Assembly (NCBI GenBank): GCA_963817895.1
Contig: CAWFQB010000012.1
Coordinates: 1 to 64,000 of the forward strand
Direction of reading: 5' to 3'
From: an uncultured Chthonomonadaceae bacterium
GTDB lineage: Bacteria; Armatimonadota; Chthonomonadetes; Chthonomonadales; Chthonomonadaceae
Length of the DNA: 64,000 bases
A model generated the notes under the pieces. That model saw only the letters and a list, made by a program, of their open reading frames with translations, searched no databases and was not told the origin of the DNA. Below are positions 24,718 to 35,653 of this stretch, piece after piece. Made by a program: the position numbers and the translations under genes. The stretch's first letter is position 1, and each line of letters begins with the position of its first letter.

Positions 24718-24751
24718 ACGCGCTGAAGCATTGCGCTTCAGCGCGTTTTTT
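24718..24751 (+). terminator. Intrinsic terminator
   Basis: ACGCGCTGAAGC/GCTTCAGCGCGT stem plus T6. Confidence 0.8.
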
Positions 24752-24912
24752 CGTCTGATCGTATCCGAATTGTTGCTGTTGAGCGGTTGCCGGAACGTTT
24801 TTGTACCTTTTGGCCTAGTGGTGTTGAGAGGGCAGGCGGAACAAGCAGGCGAGTTTGCGCGTCTTGCTTGCAGAACAAACCGGGCATACTGTTGACGGTT
24901 CAGGGGAGCGTT

Positions 24913-25926
24913 ATGAGTAAAAAGGGTGGTTTGCTGGCGTTGGGGTTCGGCGTGGCGGCGTTTGCCGTTGCCCGCGCCAATGCGCGTAACAAACGCGCGA
25001 TGAACTTTCACAATCGAACGGTCGTGATTACCGGCGGTTCGCGGGGGCTTGGGCTGACATTGGCGCGGCAGTTCGCGTCACGGGGCGCAAATCTCGCTCT
25101 TGTCGCCCGAGATGCGGATGAGTTGGAACGCGCCCGCGAAGAACTCAGCGCGTACCATGTCGAAGTTCTTACCATTGCCTGCGATGTGACCGAGCCGGAG
25201 CAGGTCGAGTCCATGATGGCCCGCGTCCGCGATTGCTTTGGCGACATAGACGTGCTGATTAATAACGCGGGAACCATACAGGTCGGGCCGATGGAAGAGA
25301 TGACCGTTCCCGACTATGAAGAGGCGATGCGCCTGCACTTTTACGCGCCCCTGTATACCACGCTTGCCGTCTTGCCCGAAATGCGGAAGCGGCAAAGCGG
25401 GCGTATCGTCAATATCGCGTCCATCGGCGGTAAAATCGCCATTCCCCATCTGCTGCCGTACAGCGCCAGCAAATTCGCGCTTGTCGGCCTGTCGGAAGGC
25501 TTGCGCAGCGAACTCCTCAAGGACAACATCTTTGTCACGACGGTTTGCCCCGGGTTGGTGCGCAGCGGCAGCCATGTCAACGCCCGCTTCAAAGGCCAGA
25601 ACCGGGCGGAATATACGCTGTTTTCCATCGGGAACGCCGCGCCCCTCCTGTCTACGAACGTGGAAAGCGCGGCCACGCAGATTATCAATGCCTGCAAGTT
25701 CGGCGACGCGGAACTGATTTTCTCCGTTCCCACGCATATCGCCGAAAAATTTCACGCGCTGTTCCCCGGCGTCACGGCGGATTTGTTCGGCCTGACCAAC
25801 AAGTTTCTGCCCGGTCCCGGCGGTATTGGAACACAGTCCGCAACAGGGTATGACAGCCAATCCATGCTCGCCCCGTCCATCCTGACGGCAATGAGCGATG
25901 AAGCCGTTGTAGAAAATAATGAATAA
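24913..25926 (+). CDS. Short-chain dehydrogenase/reductase
   Basis: TGGSRGLG, NNAG, YSASK. Confidence 0.95.
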   Translation: MSKKGGLLALGFGVAAFAVARANARNKRAMNFHNRTVVITGGSRGLGLTLARQFASRGANLALVARDADELERAREELSAYHVEVLTIACDVTEPEQVESMMARVRDCFGDIDVLINNAGTIQVGPMEEMTVPDYEEAMRLHFYAPLYTTLAVLPEMRKRQSGRIVNIASIGGKIAIPHLLPYSASKFALVGLSEGLRSELLKDNIFVTTVCPGLVRSGSHVNARFKGQNRAEYTLFSIGNAAPLLSTNVESAATQIINACKFGDAELIFSVPTHIAEKFHALFPGVTADLFGLTNKFLPGPGGIGTQSATGYDSQSMLAPSILTAMSDEAVVENNE

Positions 25927-25938
25927 GGAGACAACATA

Positions 25939-26676
25939 ATGTCAAACACAGGTGTCAATGTAATACCCTACGATGATCGGGAAACCGGCCCGAACTGGCG
26001 CAGCCGTCGCCATACCAATGTCGGTGAGGCGGAGCGGTGGGCGTCCATTTTCGGCGGCGCGGCTTTGGTGATTGCCGGAATGAAGAAGGGGAGCGTACCC
26101 GGCCTGACGATCTCCGCGCTGGGCGGCGGGCTGATGTGGCGCGGGCTGACCGGCCACTGCACCATGTACGACGCGATGGACATCAGCACGGCCGGCACGG
26201 AAGAGAAGGGCCTGCACGTTGTCAAAGCCGTTACTATCAACAAGCCTGCAAGCGAACTGTACGCCTTCTGGCGCAACTTTGAAAACCTGCCGCAGTTTAT
26301 GAAGCATCTGGAATCCGTGCAGGTGGAAGACTCGCTTCATTCCCACTGGGTTGCCAAAGGGCCGGCGGGCAAGTCCGTGCATTGGGACGCGGAAATCATC
26401 AACGAGCGCGAAAACGAGCTAATCGCGTGGCGCTCCACGGAAAACGCGGATGTGGACAACGCCGGTACGGTCAACTTCAAGCCGGCCCCCGGCGACCGGG
26501 GTACAATTGTGAAAGTGACCGTGCAGTATAACCCGCCCGGCGGCATATTGGGCGCGCATATTGCCAAACTGTGGGGCGAAGAACCCTCCATGCAGATCGA
26601 AGACGATCTGATGAACTTCAAGCGCCTGATGGAAACGGGCGAAATTGCCACTACTGAAGGCCAATCACGAGGGTAG
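25939..26676 (+). CDS. SRPBCC (cyclase/dehydrase) protein with N-terminal DUF2892-like segment
   Basis: NVGEAERWAS, RGLTGHC, LYAFWRNFENLPQFM, WDAEII, YNPPGG. Confidence 0.92.
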   Translation: MSNTGVNVIPYDDRETGPNWRSRRHTNVGEAERWASIFGGAALVIAGMKKGSVPGLTISALGGGLMWRGLTGHCTMYDAMDISTAGTEEKGLHVVKAVTINKPASELYAFWRNFENLPQFMKHLESVQVEDSLHSHWVAKGPAGKSVHWDAEIINERENELIAWRSTENADVDNAGTVNFKPAPGDRGTIVKVTVQYNPPGGILGAHIAKLWGEEPSMQIEDDLMNFKRLMETGEIATTEGQSRG

Positions 26677-26686
26677 GGAGAATACT

Positions 26687-26989
26687 ATGTCAGATGAAAA
26701 GAAAAAAGATGGACACCGGACGGAAAAGCAGCATCACGAGATGCACGAGCATGAGAAGCAGATTGAGCATGGGCGCGACGCCCACGCGCACAATCCCGCG
26801 TCCGATGTGGGGCAGGTGACTTCCAGCCATAGCATGCATGAGCATGGCTTGCAGAACAAGGAAGTCAACAAGCAGCACGATAAGGAAGTGGACATACACA
26901 GCGACGACAAGAACGAGCGGCATACGCATGTCCCGAAGGCGGAGCAGATGGAACACGATTTGCAAGCAGAGGAGAGCAAAAAAGGATGA
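26687..26989 (+). CDS. Small His/Glu/Lys-rich hydrophilic protein
   Basis: GGGAG RBS; ATGA overlap with the next gene; strongly charged composition. Confidence 0.75.
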   Translation: MSDEKKKDGHRTEKQHHEMHEHEKQIEHGRDAHAHNPASDVGQVTSSHSMHEHGLQNKEVNKQHDKEVDIHSDDKNERHTHVPKAEQMEHDLQAEESKKG

Positions 26990-28155
26990 AAGCGCTGTGT
27001 TGGTATGGCAAGCATGACGTGCGCGTGACGCAGGTTCCCGATCCGAAAATCCTCAACCCGCGCGACGCCATCATCAAAATCACCGCAACTGCCATTTGCG
27101 GCTCGGATTTGCACCTGTATGACGGCGTAATCCCCACGATGGAGAGCGGCGACATTCTGGGACATGAGTTTATGGGCGAAGTGGTGGAATTGGGCAAGGG
27201 CGTTACCAATCTCAGCATCGGCGATAAAGTGGTTGTGCCGTTTACGATTTCGTGCGGCAGTTGCTTTTTCTGCCAGAAAACTCTCTGGTCGCTGTGCGAC
27301 AACTCCAACCCGAACAAGCGCATGGCGGACTTGATGTACGGACATTCGCCCTCCGGCCTGTTCGGATACTCACACATGCTCGGTGGATACGCGGGCGGGC
27401 AGGCGGAATATGTCCGTGTGCCGTTCGCGGATGTTGGGCCGGTCAAAGTGCCGGACGGGTTGCCGGATGATAAGGTCTTGTTCCTGTCCGACATTTTCCC
27501 GACAGGTTACGAGGCGGCGGAAAATTGCAACATTCAGCCGGGAGATACCGTTGCGGTGTGGGGCTGTGGGCCGGTGGGCCTGTTCGCCATCAAAAGCGCG
27601 TATATGCTGGGAGCGGGGCGGGTCATCGCCATTGACCACTACCCGGAGCGTCTGCAAATGGCTGCCGATTATGCCGGAGCGGAAACACTCAATTACAATC
27701 AGGTGGATATTGGCGTCGCGCTGCGGGATATGACCGGCGGCAACGGCCCGGACGCCTGCATAGACGCCGTAGGCATGGAAGCGCACGGCGCGGCTATGGA
27801 CAACCTCATGGATCGGGGCATGCAGTACGCCAAAATCGGCACGGATCGGGCGCACGTTCTGCGGCAAGCCATTATGGTGTGCCGCAAGGGGGGAACGGTT
27901 TCGCTTCCCGGCGTATATGGCGGCCTGCTCAACGCGATTCCATTCGGCGCGGCCCATGCCAAAAGCCTGACCTTCAAAATGGGCCAAACACACATGCACC
28001 GCTACATGAAGCCGCTGATGGAAAAAATCGAAAAGGGCGAGATTGATCCTTCAGGCATCATCACGCACCGCCTGAAACTCGACGACGCGGCGGAAGGTTA
28101 CAAGATGTTCAAGGCCAAAAACGACAACTGCGTCAAGATTGTTATGACGCCGTAG
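26986..28155 (+). CDS. Zn-dependent alcohol/formaldehyde dehydrogenase-like protein
   Basis: [34 protein letters not shown]. Confidence 0.95.
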   Translation: MKALCWYGKHDVRVTQVPDPKILNPRDAIIKITATAICGSDLHLYDGVIPTMESGDILGHEFMGEVVELGKGVTNLSIGDKVVVPFTISCGSCFFCQKTLWSLCDNSNPNKRMADLMYGHSPSGLFGYSHMLGGYAGGQAEYVRVPFADVGPVKVPDGLPDDKVLFLSDIFPTGYEAAENCNIQPGDTVAVWGCGPVGLFAIKSAYMLGAGRVIAIDHYPERLQMAADYAGAETLNYNQVDIGVALRDMTGGNGPDACIDAVGMEAHGAAMDNLMDRGMQYAKIGTDRAHVLRQAIMVCRKGGTVSLPGVYGGLLNAIPFGAAHAKSLTFKMGQTHMHRYMKPLMEKIEKGEIDPSGIITHRLKLDDAAEGYKMFKAKNDNCVKIVMTP

Positions 28156-28316
28156 TTTTACCTCACCCCAACCCCTCTCCTTGCCGCGCAACGCGCTAGG
28201 AGAGGGGCTAATTGATGTTGTAACTCCTCTCTTGGCCGCGCAACACGACGCGAGAGGCTTTTTCTTGTTTATCTTCATCTTGTTCTTCTTGGTGTTCTTT
28301 GCGTCTTGGTGGTTCA
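28156..28316. repeat. Cluster of hairpin elements plus a family B arm between convergent genes
   Basis: TTTTACCTCACCCCAACCCCTCTCC..GGAGAGGGG, a second degenerate hairpin at 28226-28257, and CTTGGTG..CTTGGTGGTTCA. Confidence 0.8.
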
Positions 28317-29471
28317 ATTCCTTTGCAGGCGTTGAACGATTTGGGTCAGGATAGCAGCGGCGCGTTCAAGTTCTTCGGGCGTGGTGTGGCGTCCGAAGGT
28401 GAAGCGGATGCCACTGGACGCGAGTTCATCGGTAAGCCCGATGGCTTTGAGGACGTGCGAGGGTTCGATGCTGCCGGACGAGCAGGCGGAACCACTCGAC
28501 GCGGCCACGCCCTTGCGATCCAGATTCATGAGCAGAGTGGGGCCTTCCACGCCGGGAACGGAAATATTCACGTTGTTGGGCAGGCGCAGAGTAGCGTGTC
28601 CATTCAGGGTAATGTCGGGCAGCGAACTTTGCAGCAGATGAAAAAAATCGTTCCGCATTTGGGTTAAGCGCTGCGCTTCCTGTTCGCGGTTGGACAGTAT
28701 CAACTTTGCCGCCTGACCGAAACCTGCAATGGCGGCAACATTCTCCGTACCCGCCCGCTTTTCCCGCTCTTGTGCGCCGCCGTGCAGAATGGGCGCCACC
28801 TTTGTACCCTGCCGAATGTACAACGCCCCCACGCCCTTCGGCCCGTACATCTTGTGGGCGCACAGCGTCAGCAGATCGCAGCCGAGTTCCTTCACATCAA
28901 TCGGCATCAGTCCCGCCGTTTGTACCGCATCCGTGTGAAAAACCGCGCCGCGCTCGTGAACCAAAGAAGCAATTTTCTGTATGGGTTGAATGGTTCCAAT
29001 CTCGTTGTTGGCATGCATCACGGAAACGAGCGCGGTTTTATCGGTCATAGCGTCGGCAACCGTTTGGGGCGAAACCAACCCGTTCTCATCCACCCCGACA
29101 ATCGTAGCCTCGTACCCATGCGTTTGCAGGAAGTGCGCGGCGTGAAGCACGGCATGGTGTTCAATGGCAGTTGTGACAAGATGGTTCTTGCCGGACGGCG
29201 CGGCGTACAGGGTTCCGATGAGCGCGAGATTGTCCGCCTCGGTTCCACTGCCCGTGAAATATATTTCGCTGTAATCCGCCCCGATGAGCAGAGCAATCGC
29301 TTCCCGCGCCTCGTCAACGGCGGCCCGCGCATCGCGCCCAAAGCGATGTATGCTGCTGGCGTTGCCATACGAACCTGTTCCGGTCAGGTACGGCAGCATG
29401 GCGTCGAGTACGGCAGGATCGAGCGGCGTCGTCGCGGCATGATCCAGATAAACAGGTGTTTCGGTAGTCAT
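28314..29471 (-). CDS. iscS: Cysteine desulfurase (IscS/NifS type)
   Basis: YLDHAATTP, FTGSGTEADN, MHANNEIG, AHKMYGPKG, SSGSACSSG. Confidence 0.95.
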   Translation of the reverse strand: MTTETPVYLDHAATTPLDPAVLDAMLPYLTGTGSYGNASSIHRFGRDARAAVDEAREAIALLIGADYSEIYFTGSGTEADNLALIGTLYAAPSGKNHLVTTAIEHHAVLHAAHFLQTHGYEATIVGVDENGLVSPQTVADAMTDKTALVSVMHANNEIGTIQPIQKIASLVHERGAVFHTDAVQTAGLMPIDVKELGCDLLTLCAHKMYGPKGVGALYIRQGTKVAPILHGGAQEREKRAGTENVAAIAGFGQAAKLILSNREQEAQRLTQMRNDFFHLLQSSLPDITLNGHATLRLPNNVNISVPGVEGPTLLMNLDRKGVAASSGSACSSGSIEPSHVLKAIGLTDELASSGIRFTFGRHTTPEELERAAAILTQIVQRLQRN

Positions 29472-29477
29472 GGAGAT

Positions 29478-29506
29478 AGTATACAGCACGAGGCGGGGAT
29501 TGTCTG
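29478..29506 (-). promoter_or_regulatory. Possible leaderless sigma70 promoter for iscS
   Basis: Minus strand: CAGACA-17-TATACT-6-ATG. Confidence 0.45.
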
Positions 29507-29600
29507 AACCATGATTTCACATGATTTGAGGATTACCATGATTGAGAAGGCGCGTTCATCATGCTAATCCCTCCAATCATGTGAAATCATGGTTCAAACA
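29501..29600. repeat. Inverted-repeat element, family D (TGAACCATGATT arms)
   Basis: TGTCTGAACCATGATTTCACATGATT ... AATCATGTGAAATCATGGTTCAAACA; second copy at 38284-38434. Confidence 0.9.
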
Positions 29601-30442
29601 GTTCTCGCGGTCAATCCGATGAATGCGCCCATGCGTCCACATCCGGGAACAAGGCGGTGGCTAAAGAAGAGGTCGGTGTAGCGATTGGTGCGGTACTGGC
29701 AGACATCAAAATTGAGGGAAGGAACGCCTGCCTGTCGCAGTTGGTGGCAAACGGCGGCGTAAAGGTCAAGCTGCCAGTGACCGGGGCACGTGGGAGTGAA
29801 CACGCCGACAGCCTGCCGGTCTTCGGGCGTAAAGCCATTGTAGACTGTTTCATCCACTTCGTAGCTGTCCGGCCCGATGCCGGGGCCAATGGCAATCAGG
29901 CAATCCTGCGGCTGTGTGCCGAAATGTTGCCGCATGGTTTCCAGTGTGTGAACCGCAATGCGCCCTGCCGTGCCGCGCCAACCGGAATGAGCAAGACCAA
30001 TTGCTTTGTGAATGGGGTCAAGAAAGAAAATGGGCAGGCAATCCGCTATCGTAATGCCGAGCAGAAGTCCGGGCGTATTTGTTACCAGCGCGTCACACTC
30101 AGGAATAGCGGTATCAGGCAAAAGCGCCCCGCGTCCCGCATCGTCTGCGTTTACAACTGCCACATTCGCGCCATGCGTCTGCGCGGGTACAACGAGTTTC
30201 TCCGCTTCAAAACCCAATGCGCGGCAGGCGGCAATCCGTTTATAGCGCACGTCCTCATAATCTTGCGTGACGCTGAACGACAGATTGTTTTCGGTTGCAG
30301 CGCCAGCTCGCAGCGTAACGCCGTGACGAATACGAGGATACGCATGTCTGAGGTTACGGGAACGAGCAAGATAAAGCGGCTGAGTGAGGGATACCTCCCA
30401 GGTATTCTGCTTTTGTGCTGTGATATAGCCCGTATTCGCCAT
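29594..30442 (-). CDS. pgeF: Peptidoglycan editing factor / YfiH-like protein
   Basis: QTHG, CDALVT, ADCLPI, AHSGWRG, IGPGIG, FFSHR. Confidence 0.93.
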   Translation of the reverse strand: MANTGYITAQKQNTWEVSLTQPLYLARSRNLRHAYPRIRHGVTLRAGAATENNLSFSVTQDYEDVRYKRIAACRALGFEAEKLVVPAQTHGANVAVVNADDAGRGALLPDTAIPECDALVTNTPGLLLGITIADCLPIFFLDPIHKAIGLAHSGWRGTAGRIAVHTLETMRQHFGTQPQDCLIAIGPGIGPDSYEVDETVYNGFTPEDRQAVGVFTPTCPGHWQLDLYAAVCHQLRQAGVPSLNFDVCQYRTNRYTDLFFSHRLVPGCGRMGAFIGLTARTV

Positions 30443-30550
30443 AGTGAGCCAATGCTGTAATCTGACAAGTTGGCCGCAGACCTGATTAACCGGCATTTTA
30501 TATGCCGGTTACAGCCCGAAGATTTGCGCCGCAGTGTACTAACCACTCGC

Positions 30551-31825
30551 CTACGGACGGCGGCGCAGGAAGGCGGGAATGTCTATGTCCTCGTTGTTGG
30601 ACTTGCGCTCCGGCTGTGATGGGGACTGAGACGGCGTGGCGGGCGTGTTCGGCTGTGACGCGGGCGTTTCTCCGGCGCGGGTGGGCGCGTTTGCGGCGGG
30701 CGGATTGCCTGAAGCGGGTGGCGTAGAGCGTCCGTTGTTGACCGAGTCGCCGGGTTGATACGGGCGGGTAGACGGGTACGCGCTTGCGTTGCGGGGTGGC
30801 GGTTGCGGGGTTGGCGTGGTTGTTGCTGTCGGCTTGATGATTTCCCCGGCGGCATTTACGCCGCTGAAGCCGGTTGCCAGCACCGTAACGCGCACTTCGC
30901 CCTCCAGACTCGGATCGGCCACCCACCCGAAGATGATGTTGGCGTCGTTCTGGTCGCACAGTTCCTGAATCTGGTTGGCGGCTTCCGTGAACTCCTGTAG
31001 GGTCAGGTCGTTACCGGACGTGACGTTGACAAGGACACGCGACGCGCCGTTGATGCTTGTTTCCAGCAGTTGCGACGAAACCGCATTCTGGGCCGCTTCT
31101 ACTGCCCGATGATCGCCGCTGCCATACCCGATGCCCATCAGGGCGGGACCCGCGTGAGTCATAATCGCCCGCACGTCGGCAAAATCCACGTTGATCATGC
31201 CGGGAATGGTGATGATGTCGGAGATACCCTGTACGCCCTGCCGCAGCACATCATCCGCCATTTTGAAGGCTTCCACCAGAGTCATGCGCCGGTCGCCAAC
31301 GGACAGCAACTTTTCGTTCGGCACAATGATGATGGTATCAACCTTACTTTTCAGTTCTTCGACACCCGCTTCGGCCAATCGCATTCGGCGCGGGCCTTCA
31401 AATGGGAACGGTTTGGTGACGACCGCAACGGTCAACGCGCCCATTTCCGCCGCGATTTCGGCAATCACGGGCGCGGCCCCGGTTCCGGTTCCGCCGCCCA
31501 TGCCTGCCGTGATGAACACCATGTCCGCGCCATCAAGCATCTTCTTGATTTCGCTTTTACTCTCCTCCGCCGCCACGCGCCCGATGCTCGGATCGCCGCC
31601 CGCGCCAAGCCCGCGCGTGGAGTTTTCGCCAAGCTGAAGTTTGCGCGGCGCTTTGGAGATGTTCAACACCTGAACATCCGTGTTCATCGCCAGAAACTCG
31701 ATGCCGCTCAAGCCCGACTCGATCATACGATTGACCGCGTTCGTGCCGCCGCCGCCCGCGCCAATCACTTTGATTCGCGCCGAACCCAATTCCGGCAAAC
31801 TTCCACCAAGAGAATTATTTATCAT
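30551..31825 (-). CDS. ftsZ: Cell division protein FtsZ
   Basis: [35 protein letters not shown]-terminal DIPAFLRR. Confidence 0.99.
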   Translation of the reverse strand: MINNSLGGSLPELGSARIKVIGAGGGGTNAVNRMIESGLSGIEFLAMNTDVQVLNISKAPRKLQLGENSTRGLGAGGDPSIGRVAAEESKSEIKKMLDGADMVFITAGMGGGTGTGAAPVIAEIAAEMGALTVAVVTKPFPFEGPRRMRLAEAGVEELKSKVDTIIIVPNEKLLSVGDRRMTLVEAFKMADDVLRQGVQGISDIITIPGMINVDFADVRAIMTHAGPALMGIGYGSGDHRAVEAAQNAVSSQLLETSINGASRVLVNVTSGNDLTLQEFTEAANQIQELCDQNDANIIFGWVADPSLEGEVRVTVLATGFSGVNAAGEIIKPTATTTPTPQPPPRNASAYPSTRPYQPGDSVNNGRSTPPASGNPPAANAPTRAGETPASQPNTPATPSQSPSQPERKSNNEDIDIPAFLRRRP

Positions 31826-31951
31826 CGGACGCCCTTCCCGCAAAAATGTCAAGATTCACTCTAAAATGATAGGATTCATTATATCTAAAAACGCCCTCGG
31901 AATCCAACTAATTCCGGGTTGCTTTCCGTATTCGTTGCTATACATGCGTTT

Positions 31952-33208
31952 TTAGTCTTCGCCGCCGAGCAAACTGTGCCACCACTGCTTTAAGCGTTGC
32001 AGGAACGGCGGCAGATTGGAATGGGAACGTCGGCGCGTATCCCGTTGCGTGTCGCGTTCATGCCGCGCCCCGTACAGCACCAGGCCTACTGCCGTCGCGT
32101 ACATCGGGTGAGTAAGGGCTTCTGGCAGGCTGTTGATGCCATGCGGCTTGCCCACCCGAACGGGCATGCGCAAGACCTGCTGCGCCACTTCCACGCACCC
32201 CTTTAGCTGGCTGCCGCCGCCACTGACGACAAGGCCGGCGGGAACTTTGTTTAAGCAGTCCCCCCGTTCCAGTTCCGCGTGTACCAGTTCAAACAACTCC
32301 TGCATACGCGGTTCAATGATCTGCACAAGGGCGCGGCGGCGCAATCGTCGCGAATCGTCGCGCCCGACCTGCCGCACCTGAATCACATCCTCTTCCCCGA
32401 CCAGTTCCGTCAACGCGCTGCCGCTTTCGGTCTTCAGGCGTTCAGCCTCGTCGTGGCCTACCGTCAATCCATACGCGACGTCATTGGTGACATGGTTGCC
32501 GCCAACCGGAATCACAGCGGAGTAAAAAATCTCGCCATTCACAAACACGGCCATATCCGATGTGCCGCCGCCAATATCAACAAGACACACGCCCAATTCC
32601 CGCTCTGCCGGAAGAAGGACGGCTTCAGCGGTCGCGATAGGTTCCAGCACCTGTTCGATTACGTCCAGATGCGCTTTGGTCACGCACTTGTCAATGTTTT
32701 GCAGGCACGTCGTCGCGCCATGCACGATATGGGTATGGACTTCCAGCCGCTGCCCGCTCATGCCTACAGGCTGGCGAATTCCATTCTGGCTGTCAATGGA
32801 GTAGGAGCGGGGGATGGCATGTATAATCTGCCGATCCGGGGGCAGCACAATGACGCGGGCGGCTTCCAGAACGCGTTCCACATCGCCATGCGTAATTTCG
32901 CGATCAGGATGGGTAATGGCGATTCGCCCGTTGCTGTTGAGCGAGGAGATATGTTCGCCGGTCACGCCAACGTATACGCCCTCCACCTCATGCCCCGCCT
33001 GTTTGGAAGCGCTGTCAATGGCCTCTTCAATGGCGCGGGTCGTGGATTCAATATCCACCACCATGCCCTTTTTCATGCCAAGAGACGGCGCGACGCCGAC
33101 GCCGGTGATGAGCAGTTCTCCATGCTCGGCTACCTCGGCGATGAGCGCGCAAATTTTGGTTGTGCCAATATCCAGACCCGTAATTATATCGTTTCGCGCC
33201 ACGCGCAT
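31952..33208 (-). CDS. ftsA: Cell division protein FtsA
   Basis: GLDIGTTKI, DIGGGTSD, GGNHVTND, YATAVGL. Confidence 0.98.
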   Translation of the reverse strand: MRVARNDIITGLDIGTTKICALIAEVAEHGELLITGVGVAPSLGMKKGMVVDIESTTRAIEEAIDSASKQAGHEVEGVYVGVTGEHISSLNSNGRIAITHPDREITHGDVERVLEAARVIVLPPDRQIIHAIPRSYSIDSQNGIRQPVGMSGQRLEVHTHIVHGATTCLQNIDKCVTKAHLDVIEQVLEPIATAEAVLLPAERELGVCLVDIGGGTSDMAVFVNGEIFYSAVIPVGGNHVTNDVAYGLTVGHDEAERLKTESGSALTELVGEEDVIQVRQVGRDDSRRLRRRALVQIIEPRMQELFELVHAELERGDCLNKVPAGLVVSGGGSQLKGCVEVAQQVLRMPVRVGKPHGINSLPEALTHPMYATAVGLVLYGARHERDTQRDTRRRSHSNLPPFLQRLKQWWHSLLGGED

Positions 33209-33222
33209 TCACCCGTTCACAT

Positions 33223-33302
33223 AGGGAGTAGGGGGTAGGGAACAGGGAGTAGGACATTGCATCTGTCCGCTCCTACTCCCCACTCCCTACTCCCTACTCC
33301 CT
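33223..33302. repeat. Inverted heptamer repeat element (GGGAGTA)n...(TACTCCC)n
   Basis: Seen directly upstream of ftsA. Confidence 0.88.
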
Positions 33303-33309
33303 GTCTTTG

Positions 33310-33738
33310 TTATCCCAGAGGACCCGATGGTCCGGGCAGTCCGGCGAACGCGGCGGCGTTGTCTTCCTGCAAGCGTTTACGCGCCAATGCCACTTTGTTC
33401 AGATAGAAGCGGCGCATCAGCGAGAGATTGTTGAAAATACGCGCCCCCAGCACCAGCACGGCAACCAATCCTAGGTCCGCGCCGATGTGCGTGCCGTACC
33501 ATGTCAGGCCGACCGCGAGCAGGGCATTCAGAATGAAGCCACTGGCAAAAATGTCGTTCTGGAAGCGGCCCTCGATACCGGCGCGGATGCCGCCGAAAAC
33601 CGTATCAATGCCCGCAAGCGCGGCAATAGACAGGTACGGCGCGCCTTCCGGCGGAACCTGCCAGTGAAACCCGTTGAACAGGGCGAACCCCGTGAACAAA
33701 CCCGCTCCCAATCCGACAACAGGCAACAAGGCTTTCAT
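33310..33738 (-). CDS. Small basic protein Sbp / DUF1290
   Basis: YLSIAALAGIDTVFGGIRA, FASGFILNALLA, RIFNNLSLMRR. Confidence 0.9.
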   Translation of the reverse strand: MKALLPVVGLGAGLFTGFALFNGFHWQVPPEGAPYLSIAALAGIDTVFGGIRAGIEGRFQNDIFASGFILNALLAVGLTWYGTHIGADLGLVAVLVLGARIFNNLSLMRRFYLNKVALARKRLQEDNAAAFAGLPGPSGPLG

Positions 33739-34556
33739 TGGGCATTCCCTCCCGCGCTATCGGACGTATCAGACTTTTCGGAGGTGTCCGAACCTTTTTT
33801 ATCGGCATGGGTTTCGTCGGCAGGCTTCACTTCATGCGTGAATTTCATTTGCGTACCGCCGGCAAACGCGGGCAGTACCAGTTTGGCCTTGCGTTCCAGT
33901 TTCGCCATGTCCGGGTCGAACTGCCGCAGCTTGTCCAGTACGCCGTTGGGCAGGTTGATGCCGCCGTACAGCGCGTTCTGGTCGCCGATGGCCTGAATAA
34001 CGAATGGCGGCGCGGCAGGCACATTATTGACATGGACGACCGGGCCGACGCAGCGAATAGACGAAGTGGCGATAATGCGCTCACCGTTCACGGCAATCGC
34101 TTCCGCGCCGGACGCTTTAAGTTCGTTGACGACGAGGGCAATGTCCACGTCATGCACAATGCTGGCGAGACTGAGCGGGTCGTTGAAGGTGTTGCGGCGC
34201 GCGCTGTCTACAAGCGTCACCTGTATTCCCGGTCCGGCAACCTGCGTCAGTCCGGCAAACACGCGGTACTCGCTGAGTTTCTTGTTTTTCTCGCTTTCCG
34301 CGTCCTTGCCTTTCATCAGGCGGTTGTTGTCGCCGTTGAGTTTGTTGATCTCTTTTTCGTACTCGGCGGCTTTTTTGGCGGCAACCTGCACGTCACTGCC
34401 GTACACGAAACCGGCCCGGTTGGTGGCTCCGCCGCTGTGGTTGATTTGGGAGGCGGTCTGCCAGGCCGCCGCCATGAGCAGGCCCAGCACAAAGCACAGA
34501 CTGGTGATTTGCCAGAGAAAGGAACGATGGTTCATGCCCGTGGAAAACACGCTCAT
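33735..34556 (-). CDS. DUF881 domain protein
   Basis: AGLTQVAGPGIQVTLVD, VHDVDI..VNELKASGAEAIAVNGERI, IRCVG. Confidence 0.93.
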   Translation of the reverse strand: MSVFSTGMNHRSFLWQITSLCFVLGLLMAAAWQTASQINHSGGATNRAGFVYGSDVQVAAKKAAEYEKEINKLNGDNNRLMKGKDAESEKNKKLSEYRVFAGLTQVAGPGIQVTLVDSARRNTFNDPLSLASIVHDVDIALVVNELKASGAEAIAVNGERIIATSSIRCVGPVVHVNNVPAAPPFVIQAIGDQNALYGGINLPNGVLDKLRQFDPDMAKLERKAKLVLPAFAGGTQMKFTHEVKPADETHADKKGSDTSEKSDTSDSAGGNAQ

Positions 34557-34699
34557 TTTGTCTTACTGATTTCCTTAAACTCACAGTGGCGCGTCTCCGC
34601 AGGACAGCCGCGCGAACATCCGGGTGGCAGGCGGAACACCCAAATGTTCAGGGCGTGTCACTCTGGTTGCAAGCCTGTGACTGTGCAACACTGGCCCGC

Positions 34700-35653
34700 C
34701 TACGGTATCACGTTCCCGAGCAGCGAGGGCGTTCCCGGTATGAGCGGGGACACCTGAACGGCGCGAGGAGTGCAGGCGGGTGCGGAAGGACTGGACAGAT
34801 TGATGGAAGCGAGCATTTGCCCGATAGCGGGGTCTTTCGCGTAGATGTGTTTCACCAGCGCGACTTTCGCCGTAATGTCATCGGACTGACCGAATTTGAA
34901 CTCCATTCCATCGCGCATATTTAAGCATATATTATCGCTTTGGTCAATGACTATTTTCGCTATCCTAACGCCGTTCTCCTGCATGGACGCGGGAGTATTT
35001 TGCGGCAGCATTTGCAAAACGTGAACCGCGCCCTCCAGAGCGGGATCCTGAACGGCAGAACCCGGCTGTACAATGATTTCCTGATGATAAACAATATGCG
35101 GCAGATGGTTGATAACCGTTGGACGGGCAATCCGAATCGGGACGCGCGCAGTATCCGTCTCATACCATTGCGCACCCACTTTCAGCGCGAAAAAGGGCTG
35201 GCGCGGCGTAACATCAATCGTGACAGTGCGGCCCCAACTGTGCGGAACATGGGCATTGCTCACCCAGGGCAGCGCGTTCGCCTCCTGTCGTAATCGCCGG
35301 AAGGGTACGCGCAGCAGGTTGGTGGCGCGAGGCACATCAAGAGCCTGAAGCGTTTGCGCGCGCTCGGTTTCCGGCAGCGTTTCCAGGCCTCTGACTCGTA
35401 CTTGCTCAACCGTGAGCGCGGGCGACGCGCAAATCGCGACCACAATCTCAACCGCCAGTACAGTGTACAGCAATCGCAGCGTTCGCCGTCGCCGTTTCTT
35501 CTTCTCTGCGGGGCGGACATCCTTGTTAATCACGCCATGCGTTTTCGTCGCCGGAACCGCGCCTTTTCCCGAACGCGGCTTTTGGCCCTGAGACTTATGC
35601 GGCGCATGGCCGTTTGAAGGCGAATATGCGCGTGAAGGTGGCTTGTTATTCAC
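34700..35653 (-). CDS. ftsQ: FtsQ/DivIB-type POTRA protein
   Basis: Basic N-terminus, one TM, POTRA-like VEQVRVRG..LPWVSNAHV..VTPRQP; position between ddl and ftsA. Confidence 0.85.
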   Translation of the reverse strand: MNNKPPSRAYSPSNGHAPHKSQGQKPRSGKGAVPATKTHGVINKDVRPAEKKKRRRRTLRLLYTVLAVEIVVAICASPALTVEQVRVRGLETLPETERAQTLQALDVPRATNLLRVPFRRLRQEANALPWVSNAHVPHSWGRTVTIDVTPRQPFFALKVGAQWYETDTARVPIRIARPTVINHLPHIVYHQEIIVQPGSAVQDPALEGAVHVLQMLPQNTPASMQENGVRIAKIVIDQSDNICLNMRDGMEFKFGQSDDITAKVALVKHIYAKDPAIGQMLASINLSSPSAPACTPRAVQVSPLIPGTPSLLGNVIP

